This document shows, in pieces, positions 32,460-47,135 of a stretch of 64,000 nt of DNA (positions are counted from its first letter, which is position 1; each line of letters begins with the position of its first letter). Made by a program: the position numbers and the translations under genes. This stretch comes from an uncultured bacterium. GTDB taxonomy: Bacteria; Verrucomicrobiota; Verrucomicrobiia; Chthoniobacterales; SZAS-18. The stretch spans positions 35,356-99,355 of the forward strand of contig CAWCJJ010000030.1 of the NCBI GenBank assembly GCA_963795895.1, given 5' to 3'. The notes below the pieces were generated by a model. That model saw nothing but the letters and a program-made list of their open reading frames with translations. It was not told the DNA's origin and ran no database searches.

Positions 32460-33597
32460 TCAGGCAATTTTTACGAAGTGTTTACCGGGCAATTGCCTGA
32501 TGAGCTTTTTGAGTTCGAGAGCGAACAAGGTAGAGGAGACTACCGAAGTTGGCAAACCGGAGGTCAGGATAATGCGGTCGATCGGAGTCTCCGAAGTGTC
32601 GATTGCGGCGTAAATTGCGGCTTCTTCCGGATTCAACGAAGTCGGCTCCATCCGCTTAACCGCAAGAGGCGCGACAGCCTTTTCGGAAGCCGGGTTCGTG
32701 ACGGGCGGCGTGTAAAGACCGGGCAGGTCCGACATCTCTTCGAGAACATCCGAGACATCCATTACCAGTTTGGCGCCCTGCTGGATCAGGCGGTTCGATC
32801 CTTGCGAGGTTGGGCGATCGATGGGACCCGGCACGGCGAAAACCGTTCTTCCCTGTTCGAGCGCCTGGTTCGCGCTGATCAACGCGCCACTCTTCATACC
32901 CGCCTCGACGACCAGCAAGCCTATGCTGAACCCGCTGATGATGCGGTTGCGCATGGGGAACGTTTGCGGCGACGGTTGCATGGTCATCGGGAACTCGGAC
33001 ATCACCGCGCCCGATCCGTCCGCGATTTGTTGCGCCAGCTCGTAATTTTCGGGCGGGTACAATTCGGAGAGGCCGCAACCCAGTACCGCCACGGTCCGGC
33101 CCTTGGCCGCAAGCGCGCCCTGGTGGCAGGCGGTGTCGATGCCGCGCGCGAGACCGCTTACGATGGTAAGCCCAGCAAAGGCAAGTTGATACGAGAGTTT
33201 TTTCGCGGTCTCCAAACCGTAATAACTAGTCTTCCGCGACCCGACCATGCCGATGGCGCGGGCGTCGCGGGCGGTCAGTTCACCCCAGCAGTAGAGAACG
33301 ATGGGCGGATCGTGAATCGCTCCGCAGCAAAGCCGGGTAGAACTCGGATTGCTGGGTAAGCACCTTCACCCCGGCTTCCGAAACACGTTGGATTTCGCCC
33401 GGCAGATCGACCGTGCTTTCCCAAGCCGCGATCTGCCGCGCGATTTCGGGACCAATGCCGGGTACCGTCTCAAGCTTGGAGGCCCGGGCGTGGAGGATGT
33501 CCTGGGGTTCGGCGAAGACATCCAGCATCTTGCGCAAACGCACGGGACCCACTCCCGGAATCATATTGATCGCCATGCAGGCTTCCTCGTAGGTCAT
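32460..33597 (-). CDS. dprA: DNA-processing protein DprA, one frameshift (~33290)
   Basis: N-terminal HhH-like part (INMIPGVGPVRLRKML) in ORF 33280..33651. The Rossmann part GLARGIDTACHQGAL..VVEAGMKSGALISA and the C-terminal winged helix are in ORF 32460..33248. Confidence 0.88.
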
Positions 33598-33736
33598 ACC
33601 GGATTGTTTCACCAAACCGGCGTTGATTCCCGGACACCTTCTGATCTGCAAGATCCCGGGTGCAACCCGGGAGCGCGGGCATCCTTGCCCGCACCCAGTC
33701 TGGCTCCCGGGGCGGATGCCCCGGAGTAAAGTCCAC

Positions 33737-34741
33737 TCAGAATTTCTTGATGAACGCTTTGGCCCGCAGGCCCTTCAACCATTGCTCCTGCAACCTTTGG
33801 CGCTCGTCCGCGTTGTACTTCTTCACCAAATCGGGCCGGACCTCGTTCATCGGTTTTGTCACGGAGCTTTTCTTTTCCGAGACCCGCAGGATATAGTACG
33901 CGCCGCCTTGGTCGATCACCGGACTGATCTTGTTCGGTTCCAGCTTGAACGCGACGTTCGTCAGCTTCTCGTTCAAGGTTTTGCGATCAATCCAGCCCCA
34001 GTCGCCACCGACTTGGCGGCTCGTGTCATCGCTGTACAACTGGGCGAGTTGGTCGAACTTGGCGCCCTTGAGCAGCTTTTCCCGGACCTCGTCCGCCACT
34101 GACTTCTGCGTGTCGGCTTCGCCCGCCGCCGTGGGAACCCCCTTGTTGATGGCGATTAGCCACAGGTGAATCTGCTCGGGGCTGGTGAACTGGGGAATGC
34201 TTTCCGTGTAAAGCTTGTCCACCCGGCTGGGTGAGGCGATGAAGTCGCTTTTCACGTTCTGGAAGCGCATCGCCTGCACGATGATCTTGTCCCGCTCCGC
34301 ATCGCGAAATTTGCTCATCGTGAACCCCTGCGCCTGCAAGGTGCGCAGAAAGGCGGACCGATCACTGCCGAACTCCTCGCGAACGATCGTGTTGACGCGG
34401 TCGTTGATGATGTTGTCGGGAATCTTGAAGTCCTTCTTCTTGAATTCCTGGATGATGAGCTGCCGGTCGATCAAATCGTCCAGGGCGGAAAGCCGGGCCT
34501 CCCGCACCCGCTTGACCAGTTCCTCCCCCTGAAGGGAACTGCGAAGGCCGCGTTCCCGGGGTCCCACCAACTCGCGCACCTGCGAGAAGGTGATTACATC
34601 CCCGTTCACGATGGCGGCGACTCCGTCCACCACGTCGGCGGGAGCGGCCGCATGGACGGCGGGGGGTAAAAAAGCGGAGCCAACCAAAACCGGCAGAGCC
34701 AGCGCGGACGCATAAGCGACGGACAGGAAACTTCTCTTCAT
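33737..34741 (-). CDS. SurA-like periplasmic peptidyl-prolyl isomerase (parvulin)
   Basis: Signal peptide MKRSFLSVAYASALALPVLVG, a SurA N-terminal-type region, and a parvulin-like segment GGDWGWIDRKTL... Confidence 0.72.
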   Translation of the reverse strand: MKRSFLSVAYASALALPVLVGSAFLPPAVHAAAPADVVDGVAAIVNGDVITFSQVRELVGPRERGLRSSLQGEELVKRVREARLSALDDLIDRQLIIQEFKKKDFKIPDNIINDRVNTIVREEFGSDRSAFLRTLQAQGFTMSKFRDAERDKIIVQAMRFQNVKSDFIASPSRVDKLYTESIPQFTSPEQIHLWLIAINKGVPTAAGEADTQKSVADEVREKLLKGAKFDQLAQLYSDDTSRQVGGDWGWIDRKTLNEKLTNVAFKLEPNKISPVIDQGGAYYILRVSEKKSSVTKPMNEVRPDLVKKYNADERQRLQEQWLKGLRAKAFIKKF

Positions 34742-34813
34742 GTTTGGAGTGCGAATCAACGGACGGTGGTGGAAACGCCGCAGCTTGGGGCGAAACAACC
34801 GGACGAGTCAACG

Positions 34814-37800
34814 CTAAAGATTCTCGATGAGCGTGGCAACTTCGCGGATTTTAGAAGCCGGGTCCGTCGCTGTCAAGCGGGGGAATTTACCGCTGTTCAA
34901 GACGAAATCCTCGCCCCGCGAGAGCATTACCTTGTCGCCGCGCACTTCGATTTGATGCACCCGGCGCGAGGCGGCGAGCAACTTGAGGCCGTTCAACTCC
35001 AGCAAGTTGGCGACGGCTTCCGGGAACGCGCCGAAACGGTCGCGCCAGGCGTTCGCCAGTTCGTCCAACTCGGCGCGGCGCGCGATGCCGGCGAGTTGAC
35101 GGTAGGCCTGGATGCGCAACCTGGGGTCCGTGATGTAGGTGGCGGGCAGAAAAGCCGGCCACGTCCCCTCGCCCGCCCCAACCTCGACCGCGCGGTCTTC
35201 GTCCCGGGACCAGAACGGCGTTCGGTCCTCCCCGGCCTCCGCCGTCGCGGACGGCCCGTGCAGGCCCTGGACGTAGTCCGCCTCCGTGGTGGCGGCGAAA
35301 TCCAGGCGGACCACGGTTTCAACCCGCGCGCGGACTTTCTCCCCGCGCAGCTTGGACACCGCCTGCTTGAGCAACTGACAGTACAGATCGAACCCGACCG
35401 CGGTGAGGTGGCCGCTCTGCGCGACGCCCAGGATGTTCCCGGCACCGCGGATTTCCAGGTCGCGCAACGCGATCTTGAAGCCCGCCCCCAGCGATGAATA
35501 CTGCTTGATGGCGTTGATGCGCTTGCGCGCCTCGCCCACGGTCATCAGGTCGCGCGGGAGCATCAGGTAGGCGTAAGCCTTGTGCTGGCCGCGACCCACC
35601 CGGCCCCGCAATTGGTACAAATCCGCCAGCCCGAAACGGTCCGCCCGGTCGATGATGATCGTGTTGGCGTTGGGGATGTCCAGGCCGCTCTCGATGATCG
35701 TCGTCGCCACCAGCACGTCGGTTTCCCCTCGCACGAAACGGTGCATGACCGCCTCCAACTCGTCGTCAGCCATCTGTCCGTGGCCCAGATCGACCTTCGC
35801 GCGCGGGCAAAGTTGCAGGATTTTCGCGGCGACCTTGCCGATGGTTTCGATGCGGTTGTGCAGGAAGTACACCTGGCCGCCCCGGTCGAGTTCGCGGTCC
35901 ACGGCGGAGCGGATCAGCCGTTCGTCGTACCCGCAGATCACCGTTTCGATGGGGTAACGGTTGGGCGGCGGCGTCTCGAGGGTGGATAAATCCCGCGCGC
36001 CGGTGAGCGCCATGTAGAGCGTGCGCGGGATCGGCGTGGCCGAGAGCGTCAGGACGTTGACGTGCGGGAACCGCTCCTTGATGCGCTCCTTGTGCTTGAC
36101 CCCGAAACGCTGCTCCTCGTCCACGATCAGCAGGCCCAGGTCCTTGAACTCGATGTCCTTGGAAATCAGCCGGTGCGTTCCGATCACAATATCGACGCTG
36201 CCGTCGCGCAAACCGCGCGCGACCTGCGCCTGTTCGGCGGCGGTGCGGTAACGACTCAGCAGTTCCACCACGACGGGGAAACGCGCCATGCGCTCGCTGA
36301 AATTGTCGTAGTGCTGCTGCGCCAGGACGGTGGTCGGCACCATCATGGCGGCTTGCCGGCCGTCCAGCGCGGCCTTGAACGCGGCCCGGATCGCCACCTC
36401 GGTTTTGCCGAAACCCACGTCGCCGCAGATGAGCCGGTCCATTGCGCGGGCGGATTCCATGTCCGTTTTGGTGTCGGCGATGGCGGTGAGTTGGTCGTTC
36501 GTCTCTTTATAAGGGAACGCATCCTCGAATTCCTTTTGCCAGGGAGTGTCGCTCCCGAAAGGTTCGCCCAACTGGGCTTCGCGCATGGCGTGGGTCTTGA
36601 GCAGTTTGGCGGCGTAATCGTAGATCGATTTTTCGGCGGCTTTTTTGGTCGCGGCCCATTTGCCGTCGCCGAGCTTGCTCAACGCGACGTGCTTTTTACC
36701 CACGCCGACGTAGCGGGACACGAGGTACGCCTGTTCCAGGGGGACGTACAGCCGGGCGTTGTCGGCGAACTCCAGGACCATGCATTCCTCGGCGGGTTCA
36801 TCCTTTTCCTCGGCTGCGGCGGCGTTGCCGGAGAGTTCGGCGGGATCCTTTTCGTCACGTGACTGCAACCCTTTGAACCGGGCCAAGCCGTGTTCCAAGT
36901 GGACGACGAGGTCATTGCGGGAAAGTTCGGTGAAATCGATCTGGGAGCGCACTTTCGCAAGCACCCCGCGTCCGCGCGCTCCCGACGCGAACCTGCGCCG
37001 AGGCCTGTTGCTGGTATCCGAGCATCTCGCCGGCCGTGACCACCGCGAGGCGGGCGGCGGGGAACACGAAGCCGCCGGCCACCGCGCCAGGGCGGAACGA
37101 GAGGCGCTCCTTGTCCAGAGACCAATCGGCGGCGGTTTTGCGCAGGGAGTCGAGTTCCGCCTCCTTGTGGTAAATGACGTGGATGTCGTACCCCTCCCCG
37201 ACCCAATTCAGGAACTGCGCTCGGACCTGCCGGTCCGCCGCCTCCCGCTGGCCGGGCGAGTTCATCGACTGACGCGCGCCGCTGATGGGGGAATCGTAGA
37301 AAGCCTCGCTGTGGTCCTCCGCGCCGTCGCCGATTACCGAAGCCGTGATCAGGACGCGGGACTCGTCGGGTTCACCCCCGATCTTGATGGTCAGATCGTG
37401 CTTGCCGACGTACTTGGACAAAGGGCAGAACGCGCCGTCCGGCTCTCCCAACAGCAGCGCGCAACGCTCCAGGGTACGGACGGAAACTTGCTGATCAAGG
37501 TCGAACTCACGGATGGATTCCACCTCATCATCGAACCATTCAAGTCGCACGGGGAGCGCGTGCTGCCACGAATAAACGTCGAGGATGCCGCCGCGCACGG
37601 AGAACTGCCCGCGCTCGGTCACTTGGGCAACCGACTCGTAACCGGCGGTCACTAGACGTTTCACGACATCGTCGCGATCCGCGCGCGCGCCACGCTCCAG
37701 CACGAGCTTGACCTTGTGCAACGCGCCGGGGGCGGGGACGTTCGCGGCAAGAGTGTTCTGGTTGAGAACGACCACTTGGCGGTCGGTGGCTTCCTCAAGG

Positions 37801-38150
37801 CGTTGCAGGGCGGCGAGCCGTTCGGCGGAAACCTCGGGGTCGGGCACCGCGCCCTCCACCGCCGCCACTTCGACGTCCGGCAACAGAAAAGCCTGCGGGT
37901 ACCAGTCGCTGAGTTCAGAATAGAAACGCTCCTGCAAACGGGGTGTTTCGCAGACCAGCCAAAGGTGGCGGACTGATTTGGGCAGCTCACGCGCAAGCAG
38001 GGAGGCAAGGAAGGCATGCGCGGGCTGGGCAACGTTCTCAAAAACAACGCGTTTCTGCTTCTTGCCGCCGCCGAGCGCGTGGAGCTTCGCGGCGAATCCA
38101 GGCACTGCTACAGCCCGCATGAAAATCTCATCAACTTCTCTCTCTTGCAT
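34814..38150 (-). CDS. mfd: transcription-repair coupling factor, one frameshift (~36940)
   Basis: The helicase core DVGFGKTEVAIRAAF, LLIVDEEQRFGV and LSATPIPRTLYMAL is in ORF 34814..36964. The UvrB-homology N-terminal part is in ORF 36912..38456 (start taken at MQEREVDEIF, 38150). Confidence 0.9.
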
Positions 38151-38208
38151 GCTGGGACCTACTGTAGTTTGCAAAAAACTGCTTGAGCGTGGCGGTCTAG
38201 ATGCCAGG

Positions 38209-38420
38209 GCCTCCGCCCCGGGAGCGCGGGTCTCCGACCCGCAACAGGCGGGTTCCCCGCCGTCGTGCCAAAGGTAGGGATGGCTCTCCGAGCCGCTCCC
38301 CATTGTCTCCGCCTTTGGATAGACACGACCCATGTTATGGCAAGCCAGCCAATCTGATAATGAGAGCGGCTCGGAGAACCATCCCGACCTTCGGAACGAC
38401 GGCGGCTTGGAGCCGCCTGT
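38209..38420. repeat. family C unit plus family B composite element, copy 2
   Basis: gccccgggagcgcgggtctccgacccgc (38209..38260), then aaggtagggatggctctccgagccgct ... gagcggctcggagaaccatcccgaccttcgg ... acggcggcttggagccgcctg. This is colinear with 16589..16740. Confidence 0.8.
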
Positions 38421-38465
38421 TGCGGCGCTCCCAAGGCGGAGGCCCCGGCGGTACAAATGCGTTGT

Positions 38466-39301
38466 TCAACCATTTTGCGAAGTACCGACGATGAATTGAC
38501 AGTGATATTTACCCAGTAATTCATTTGACACTGTATTTTCCGGCAATACATAGGCCTCCAGTTTCGACGCGGGCATGATCCCCAGCCAACTGCTGGTAAG
38601 AAACAATTCCCGCGTTTGTCGCACGTCACTACGTTTAATCGTCCCCTCGCGGACGTTCCCGTGTTTGAGGACCCACTGCCGGACGATCCCGTTCCGTGCG
38701 CCTGTGGTCAGGCTAGGAGTCACAATCTCGCCGTCCTTTAGCACGAGAAACACGTTCGCCATGCAGGCTGAAGCCAAAACCGCGGTCTTGTTAAACACCA
38801 GGCTCTCGTCGGCACCAGCCGCCTGCGCCGCCTGTAGTCCGATGATATTTTGCCAGTAGTTGTGCGTTTTCCTCCCGTCCAACGTGGGTTGAAAACCACT
38901 CGGGCAGATGCCTAGAAGGTATCCGCGCTCGTAAACTGCGGTAGCAATCGGCTCGCGCGGCTCAAAACTCAGTAGCATCCGGCAATGATTCGCCGGGGCC
39001 ACGGGAGCGCCGTCGCCCGCCGTGATGTGAATCCGCGCCACACCGCTTTCCTCGCCCGCCAAGTTTTCGCGCAGGAATCTCCCGGCGTCATCAAACCACC
39101 CCTCCTCCACGGCAAACCCGGAGACGCGGCAAGCTTCCAACCCGCTTCGCAAATGTTCTTCCAGGAAAAGCAGCTTCCCGCGCCGCACCGCGATGGTTTC
39201 AAACACCGCCATCCCGTACCGGAAACCCCGGTCGGTGAACGGCAGACCCCTCGCGCGACGGAACTCCCCGCCCCGGCTCCGCAGCCAGTGCGCGGTCCCG
39301 C

Positions 39302-39305
<4 letters not shown>
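38466..39305 (-). CDS. class IV aminotransferase family protein (aminodeoxychorismate lyase/BCAT-like)
   Basis: DRGFRYGMAVFETI..., GRKTHNYW, NKTAVLASACMANVFLV and TGARNGIVRQ follow the fold-type IV pattern. A GTG start is proposed at 39305, overlapping the upstream stop (GTGA). Confidence 0.72.
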
Positions 39306-40810
<1,505 letters not shown>

Positions 40811-40867
40811 GCTTGCTGCGTCTGCGGCGGCGAGGAAGGGGTGGCCCCGGGAATACCCGTCCCGGGG

Positions 40868-41614
40868 CTAAAGCGAGCCATACCTGCGTTGACGATTACT
40901 GTAATCCCGGACGGCTTCAAGCAAATCTTCTTTGCGGAAGTCGGGCCAGAGCGTCTTGGTGAAATAGATTTCGGTGTAGCTCAACTGCCAGAGCAGGAAA
41001 TTGGAGATGCGCATTTCGCCCGAGGTGCGGATGAGCAGGTCGGGGTCGGGATAATCCCGCGTGTAAAGGTGTCGGCTGAAAAGCGCGGGGTCAATCATCG
41101 CCTCGTCGATCCGGCCCTCCGTGATCTCGCGCGCGATGCTTTTCACGGCGTCGATCACCTCCGCCCGCCCGCTGTAGCTGAGCGCCAGGATCAGGGTCAG
41201 ACCGGTGTTGGCGGCGGTGGACGCGATGGAGTTGCGCAGTTGCGCCAGGCAGCCGGCGGGGAGGTCGTCCAGGCGTCCGATGGCGTGGAGGCGCACGTTG
41301 CGCTCGTGCAACTCGGGGGTGGTGTCGCGCAGGAATTTCTGGAGCAGCGACATCAGCGCGGTGACCTCCAGCTTGGGGCGCTGCCAGTTCTCCTGGGAGA
41401 ACGCGTACAACGTCAGGAACTCGACGCCCAATTCGCCGCATCCCTCCACGCTTTGGCGCACGGCGCGCGCGCCCTCCTCGTGGCCGAAGATGCGCGACAA
41501 CCCGCGTTGCCGGGCCCACCGGCCGTTGCCATCAAGGATGATCGCGATGTGCCGCGGGGTGCTGGGCGGGGCCGGGGGGCGGTTCATGCGTGGGGATGGA
41601 CGGGCGCGGGCCAC
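40868..41614 (-). CDS. uppS: isoprenyl transferase (undecaprenyl diphosphate synthase)
   Basis: HIAIILDGNGRWA and RTSGEMRISNFLLWQ. The start is uncertain (41614 or 41587). Confidence 0.9.
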   Translation of the reverse strand: MARARPSPRMNRPPAPPSTPRHIAIILDGNGRWARQRGLSRIFGHEEGARAVRQSVEGCGELGVEFLTLYAFSQENWQRPKLEVTALMSLLQKFLRDTTPELHERNVRLHAIGRLDDLPAGCLAQLRNSIASTAANTGLTLILALSYSGRAEVIDAVKSIAREITEGRIDEAMIDPALFSRHLYTRDYPDPDLLIRTSGEMRISNFLLWQLSYTEIYFTKTLWPDFRKEDLLEAVRDYSNRQRRYGSL

Positions 41615-41636
41615 CGGGAACTCCCTGCGCGGGGAC

Positions 41637-43299
<1,663 letters not shown>

Positions 43300-43463
43300 T
43301 CAAGCCAAACATTTCGAGCGTGAGTGTTAATCAGTTGCAATCACTGCATAATTTACACTGTAAAGAAGCAATCTCTTTCCACGCTGACACCAGTGAGCGC
43401 CGTTCTTTGAACATCTACCCGGTTCATGCGTCATTGGACGTAGCTTTTGTTCCAAACCCCCGT

Positions 43464-45038
43464 ATGCCGACCTTCTCCTACCGCGCCCGTGATGCGCAGG
43501 GCAACCTTGTGCAGGGAACCCTCGAATCACTCGACCGCGCCTCCGCGATCCAAGCCATCGAGCAAAAGCGGTGCGTCCCCGTGAAGATCGAGCCGCTGGC
43601 ACTCTCAGGGACCGCCACGTCTCCCACGTCCCAACCACCGACCGCAAAAGCATCTTCTCCCTCTCGCCGCACCGACAAGCGGGAAAACCAAACCAACGCG
43701 ACCCCCTCCCTCGGCTCCAACTCCACCACCCACTCCAAACCCGTTGGCACCACCGAGCTCGCCGCCGCGACCTCCAGCCAGCGCCTTTCCCACGGCCAGC
43801 GGCTCTTCTTCACCGAACAACTCGCCTACCTGCTCTCGGCGGGGATGACCCTGGACGAAGCGCTGGGAGTCCTGGTGCGCCGCCTAAAACAAGTCGATTT
43901 GCAAAAACTCACCAAAGCCCTGCACCAGGGATTGCTCGAAGGCCGCAGCTTTTCGCAAACGCTCCGGGTCTTCCCCCGCATCTTCTCGCCCTTGTACACG
44001 AACCTCGTCATGGCCGGCGAGGCGAGCGGCGCGCTGGAGGACATCCTGACCCGCCTGGTCAGCCACCTGACCAACATGAAGAAGATGCGGGACACCGTCT
44101 CGCAGGCGCTCATCTACCCCGCGTTCCTGGTGATGGCCGGCGTGGGGCTGGTGGTAATTTTCATCACGGTGATGGTGCCGCGACTGCAAAGCTTTTTCGC
44201 GTCGAGCAACGGCGGCCCGGTCCTCCCCCTCCCCACGCGGATGCTCATCGCCGCCAACGACCTGATCGTGGCCTATTGGTGGGCGGCGGCGGCGGCGGTC
44301 ATGCTGGGGATTCTGATCTTCAAGCTGGCCACGCGTTCCGCCGAGGGGTTGATGCGCTGGGACCGTTTCCGCCTGTCGATCCCCGCGTACGGCTCGGTGG
44401 TGCGCTTCCAGTTTTACGCGCAGTTCGCGCGCACGCTGGGCACGTTGTTGCAAAACGGCGTCACGCTGCTGCGCGCCATCGAGTTGCTGGAGGACATGTC
44501 GGGCAACACCTATTTGAAAGCGCGCATGGCCGAGGCGCGGGCGTCATTGGTGGACGGCTCGAGTTTGTCGAACGCGCTGTCAAAGCACAAAATCTTCCCC
44601 GAACTCTTCGTGGACATGATGGCGGTCGGAGAGCAGTCCGGCAAATTCGCCGAGACGATGCAGATGATCGCGACCGTGTACGAACGCGAGCTGGACCAGC
44701 GGGTAAAAGCCGCGACGGCGGTGATTCCGCCGATCATCATTATCGTGATCGCGGTGCTGGTCGGGGCGGTGGTGTACGGCATCATCAGCGCGGTGTTCAG
44801 CGTGACCTCCGGACTGCAGCACAGCGCGCGGTTGAGTGTTCTTCTGTGTCTTTCTGCAGGTCTGTTGTACGTACAGGCTATCAGTCCTTGTTTGCAGGTT
44901 TACAATTTAACCCCAACCATACCTGATATCTTGAGGGTCGTCAGGATCATCTACAAATACGTGCATAACGTAACCTCCATACGGCCAATTTCCCGAGATC
45001 AGCGCATCCCGATTATTTGGAAAGGAGAATTGAAATAA
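43464..45038 (+). CDS. GspF/PilC family inner-membrane platform protein with a non-native C-terminal extension
   Basis: MPTFSYRARDAQGNLVQGTLE start and two GspF-type repeats (LAYLLSAGMTLDEAL.., FARTLGTLLQNGVTLLRAI..). After ..AVFSVTSGLQ (~44820) the ORF runs on ~70 codons into AT-rich sequence antisense to gene 44907..45533. Confidence 0.82.
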   Translation: MPTFSYRARDAQGNLVQGTLESLDRASAIQAIEQKRCVPVKIEPLALSGTATSPTSQPPTAKASSPSRRTDKRENQTNATPSLGSNSTTHSKPVGTTELAAATSSQRLSHGQRLFFTEQLAYLLSAGMTLDEALGVLVRRLKQVDLQKLTKALHQGLLEGRSFSQTLRVFPRIFSPLYTNLVMAGEASGALEDILTRLVSHLTNMKKMRDTVSQALIYPAFLVMAGVGLVVIFITVMVPRLQSFFASSNGGPVLPLPTRMLIAANDLIVAYWWAAAAAVMLGILIFKLATRSAEGLMRWDRFRLSIPAYGSVVRFQFYAQFARTLGTLLQNGVTLLRAIELLEDMSGNTYLKARMAEARASLVDGSSLSNALSKHKIFPELFVDMMAVGEQSGKFAETMQMIATVYERELDQRVKAATAVIPPIIIIVIAVLVGAVVYGIISAVFSVTSGLQHSARLSVLLCLSAGLLYVQAISPCLQVYNLTPTIPDILRVVRIIYKYVHNVTSIRPISRDQRIPIIWKGELK

Positions 45039-45533
45039 ATGTGTGAACCCAGCCTCGGTTAATGTTCTTCCTTGGCGGCGGATCGAAACTTTGTTATGCC
45101 AGTAGAATGGGTATCCGCCCATTTTGCTGTTGTGGTAGATGTTTGAATCCAACCATCCATCTTCATCTCTCTCTTCAGGGTCCAACACAAGGGCCTTTGA
45201 GGTAAGCGGCGAAATCAGTGTGGATTTTACCCGGGATCGAATGGACTTGCCGTGTACTACAAATTGGATCAATGGGGCATCCGCTTGCGAATAGATTGTG
45301 CCGCTATGTTTGGGGAGAGATCTGTTTGATGCAGCCCTCTCCTCGAAGGAATTGAAGATAGATATTTCTTTGTCATCTCCATTCAGCTTCAAGGTTGCGA
45401 AGTATTTGGTGCATGGGAATACTTGCGCCGGCATAACGCCCGCCGGGGGAAATCCTCCGATTCGATTTCCTTCCTGCGAATCCGATGCGAGTATCCGGAT
45501 GGGACGACAGAACGCCGCAAAGTCTGTTGGCAT
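44907..45533 (-). CDS. YwqG/DUF1963-like protein, paralog 3
   Basis: NRIGGFPP.., SKMGGYPFYWHN and HLFQFSFPNNRDALISGNWPYGGYVMHVFV are the same three blocks as in 48064..48699 and 53737..54370. The gene is AT-rich. Confidence 0.6.
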   Translation of the reverse strand: MPTDFAAFCRPIRILASDSQEGNRIGGFPPAGVMPAQVFPCTKYFATLKLNGDDKEISIFNSFEERAASNRSLPKHSGTIYSQADAPLIQFVVHGKSIRSRVKSTLISPLTSKALVLDPEERDEDGWLDSNIYHNSKMGGYPFYWHNKVSIRRQGRTLTEAGFTHLFQFSFPNNRDALISGNWPYGGYVMHVFVDDPDDPQDIRYGWG

Positions 45534-45576
45534 GTTTATTTTACCAATGGCAGTAGATTCTTGCTATTAACCGTTG

Positions 45577-46612
45577 CGAAAGTTCCGGCATGTTAAACCA
45601 AGGCGTAACGGGTGCCATCCTAAAGAACGACCTCACCAGTTCCGTCTCGGCTTGTACGGCGCTCATGATGGAGAGTGTGGTCGCCCTCATTGTCGCCTTG
45701 CAATCGATCGAGAGCTATCCCAGCCTTTGCTTGAGATGGTTCCAGACCTGCTCGTCCGGGTTGAGGTCCGGCGAGTACGCCGGCAGATGGGCGAGGTGGA
45801 TCTCCTCGTTTTCCTTGACGAACGCCTCCACCCGCGCCGAGCCGTGGCAGCTGGCGTTGTCGGCCACGACGATGATCGGGCGGCCCGCGTCGGCGCGCAG
45901 GTCCCGCAGAAAGGCGACGAACCGCTCCGAGTCCATGCGGCCCTCGATGACCGCGAAGCGCAGGTTCCCGCGCGGGCTGACCGCGGAGACCGGGTTGAGC
46001 CCGAAGCGGTCGCCGCTCTCCGCCACCACCGGGGTTTGTCCCCGCGCGCCCCAGGTGCCCCCGCGCGGGTGGTCGCTTCGCACGGCGCTCTCGTCCACGA
46101 AGTAGAGGTCCGCGCCGACGCGCTTGGCCAGCCGCCCCAGCTTGGGAAAGGGCGCCGCAGGTACTCCGCGCGGGCGCCGGCGTCCTGCTTGTGGGAGCGG
46201 CGCGCGGGAAGCCGGGGGGTGAGGCCCGGCTCCCCGAGCAGCCGGCAAACCGCCCCCTTGCTCAGCTCCACGCCCCTTTCCCTTTGGAGCACGCCCCGGA
46301 CGACCGCCAGCGTCCAGAGGCGGAACTCGAACCCGTGGCGGCGGGGATCGTTTTGGGTGACGGCCCCGCGCAGCCAGGGCGCACCTCCGGGGTCGCCTTG
46401 CGCGGTCGCCCGCTGCGGGGCCGGTCGAGCGGGGCGGCCCGGCCCCCGGCGCGGTGGCGCGCCAGCCAGCCAAAGAGCGTGCGCATGGGGATGTCGTTGA
46501 CGCGCGCCACGACGGCGGCGACCGCGTTGCTGCGCCGCTCCAGCAAGATCGATTGCTTCGGGTCCATTTGCCAGTAGCATAACGGCTGGCGTTCAACATG
46601 CGAAGATTTTCG
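45577..46612 (-). mobile_element. IS630-family element, copy A (transposase frameshifted)
   Basis: Terminal repeats cgaaagttccggcatgttaaacc (45577..) and cgaaaatcttcgcatgttgaacg (reverse complement at ..46612). The transposase pieces are MDPKQSILLERRSNAV.. and ..YFVDESAVRSDHPRGGTWGARGQTPVV..IVVADNASCH..SPDLNPDEQVWNHLK, spread over three frames. Confidence 0.85.
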
Positions 46613-46646
46613 TAAATCGCAATGTGGAGCATTAGTCAAATAACGA

Positions 46647-47090
46647 CTACTTTACCGCTGCTGGAGTGCTCACTCTGAGCAATACGTATCCTATATCCTC
46701 GGCGATGAAAATCTTTGCGTCAGTGCCTCTTTCGGGAGCAACCCAGACGCCCGATTGAAATGTTAAGTGTTGAGGCTGGTTAATAACTCTACCCTGCTTG
46801 GAAAAGTCAAAGAAGTTCAGCGTATTGATCATGGTCACATGATCTTTTTCCAAAGACCAATTCCCAAAGTTTTTATAAAGAGAATTAGTTCTTAACTCGT
46901 AATTCTTTCTATCGTGAAAGAGTTCTTGCTTGTAAGTTGAATTGTCATCCAGCAACCATGATTCAATTTCTCCAGATTTATACATGTACAAGTACTCTCC
47001 ACTCACCTCCTTGGTCGTAAGGGGCGACAACTCGCAGCTATTAAGCAACAAAGCGCATAATAACAACATCAAAAGTTTACGGGAATGCAT
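46647..47090 (-). CDS. lipoprotein, candidate immunity protein
   Basis: Signal plus lipobox LLCALLLNSC. Very AT-rich. It lies immediately downstream of the secreted toxin candidate. Confidence 0.6.
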   Translation of the reverse strand: MHSRKLLMLLLCALLLNSCELSPLTTKEVSGEYLYMYKSGEIESWLLDDNSTYKQELFHDRKNYELRTNSLYKNFGNWSLEKDHVTMINTLNFFDFSKQGRVINQPQHLTFQSGVWVAPERGTDAKIFIAEDIGYVLLRVSTPAAVK

Positions 47091-47135
47091 TTGAAACAGG
47101 AGTTATAATGGAAGGATCAACTGGCACAGTGACGT

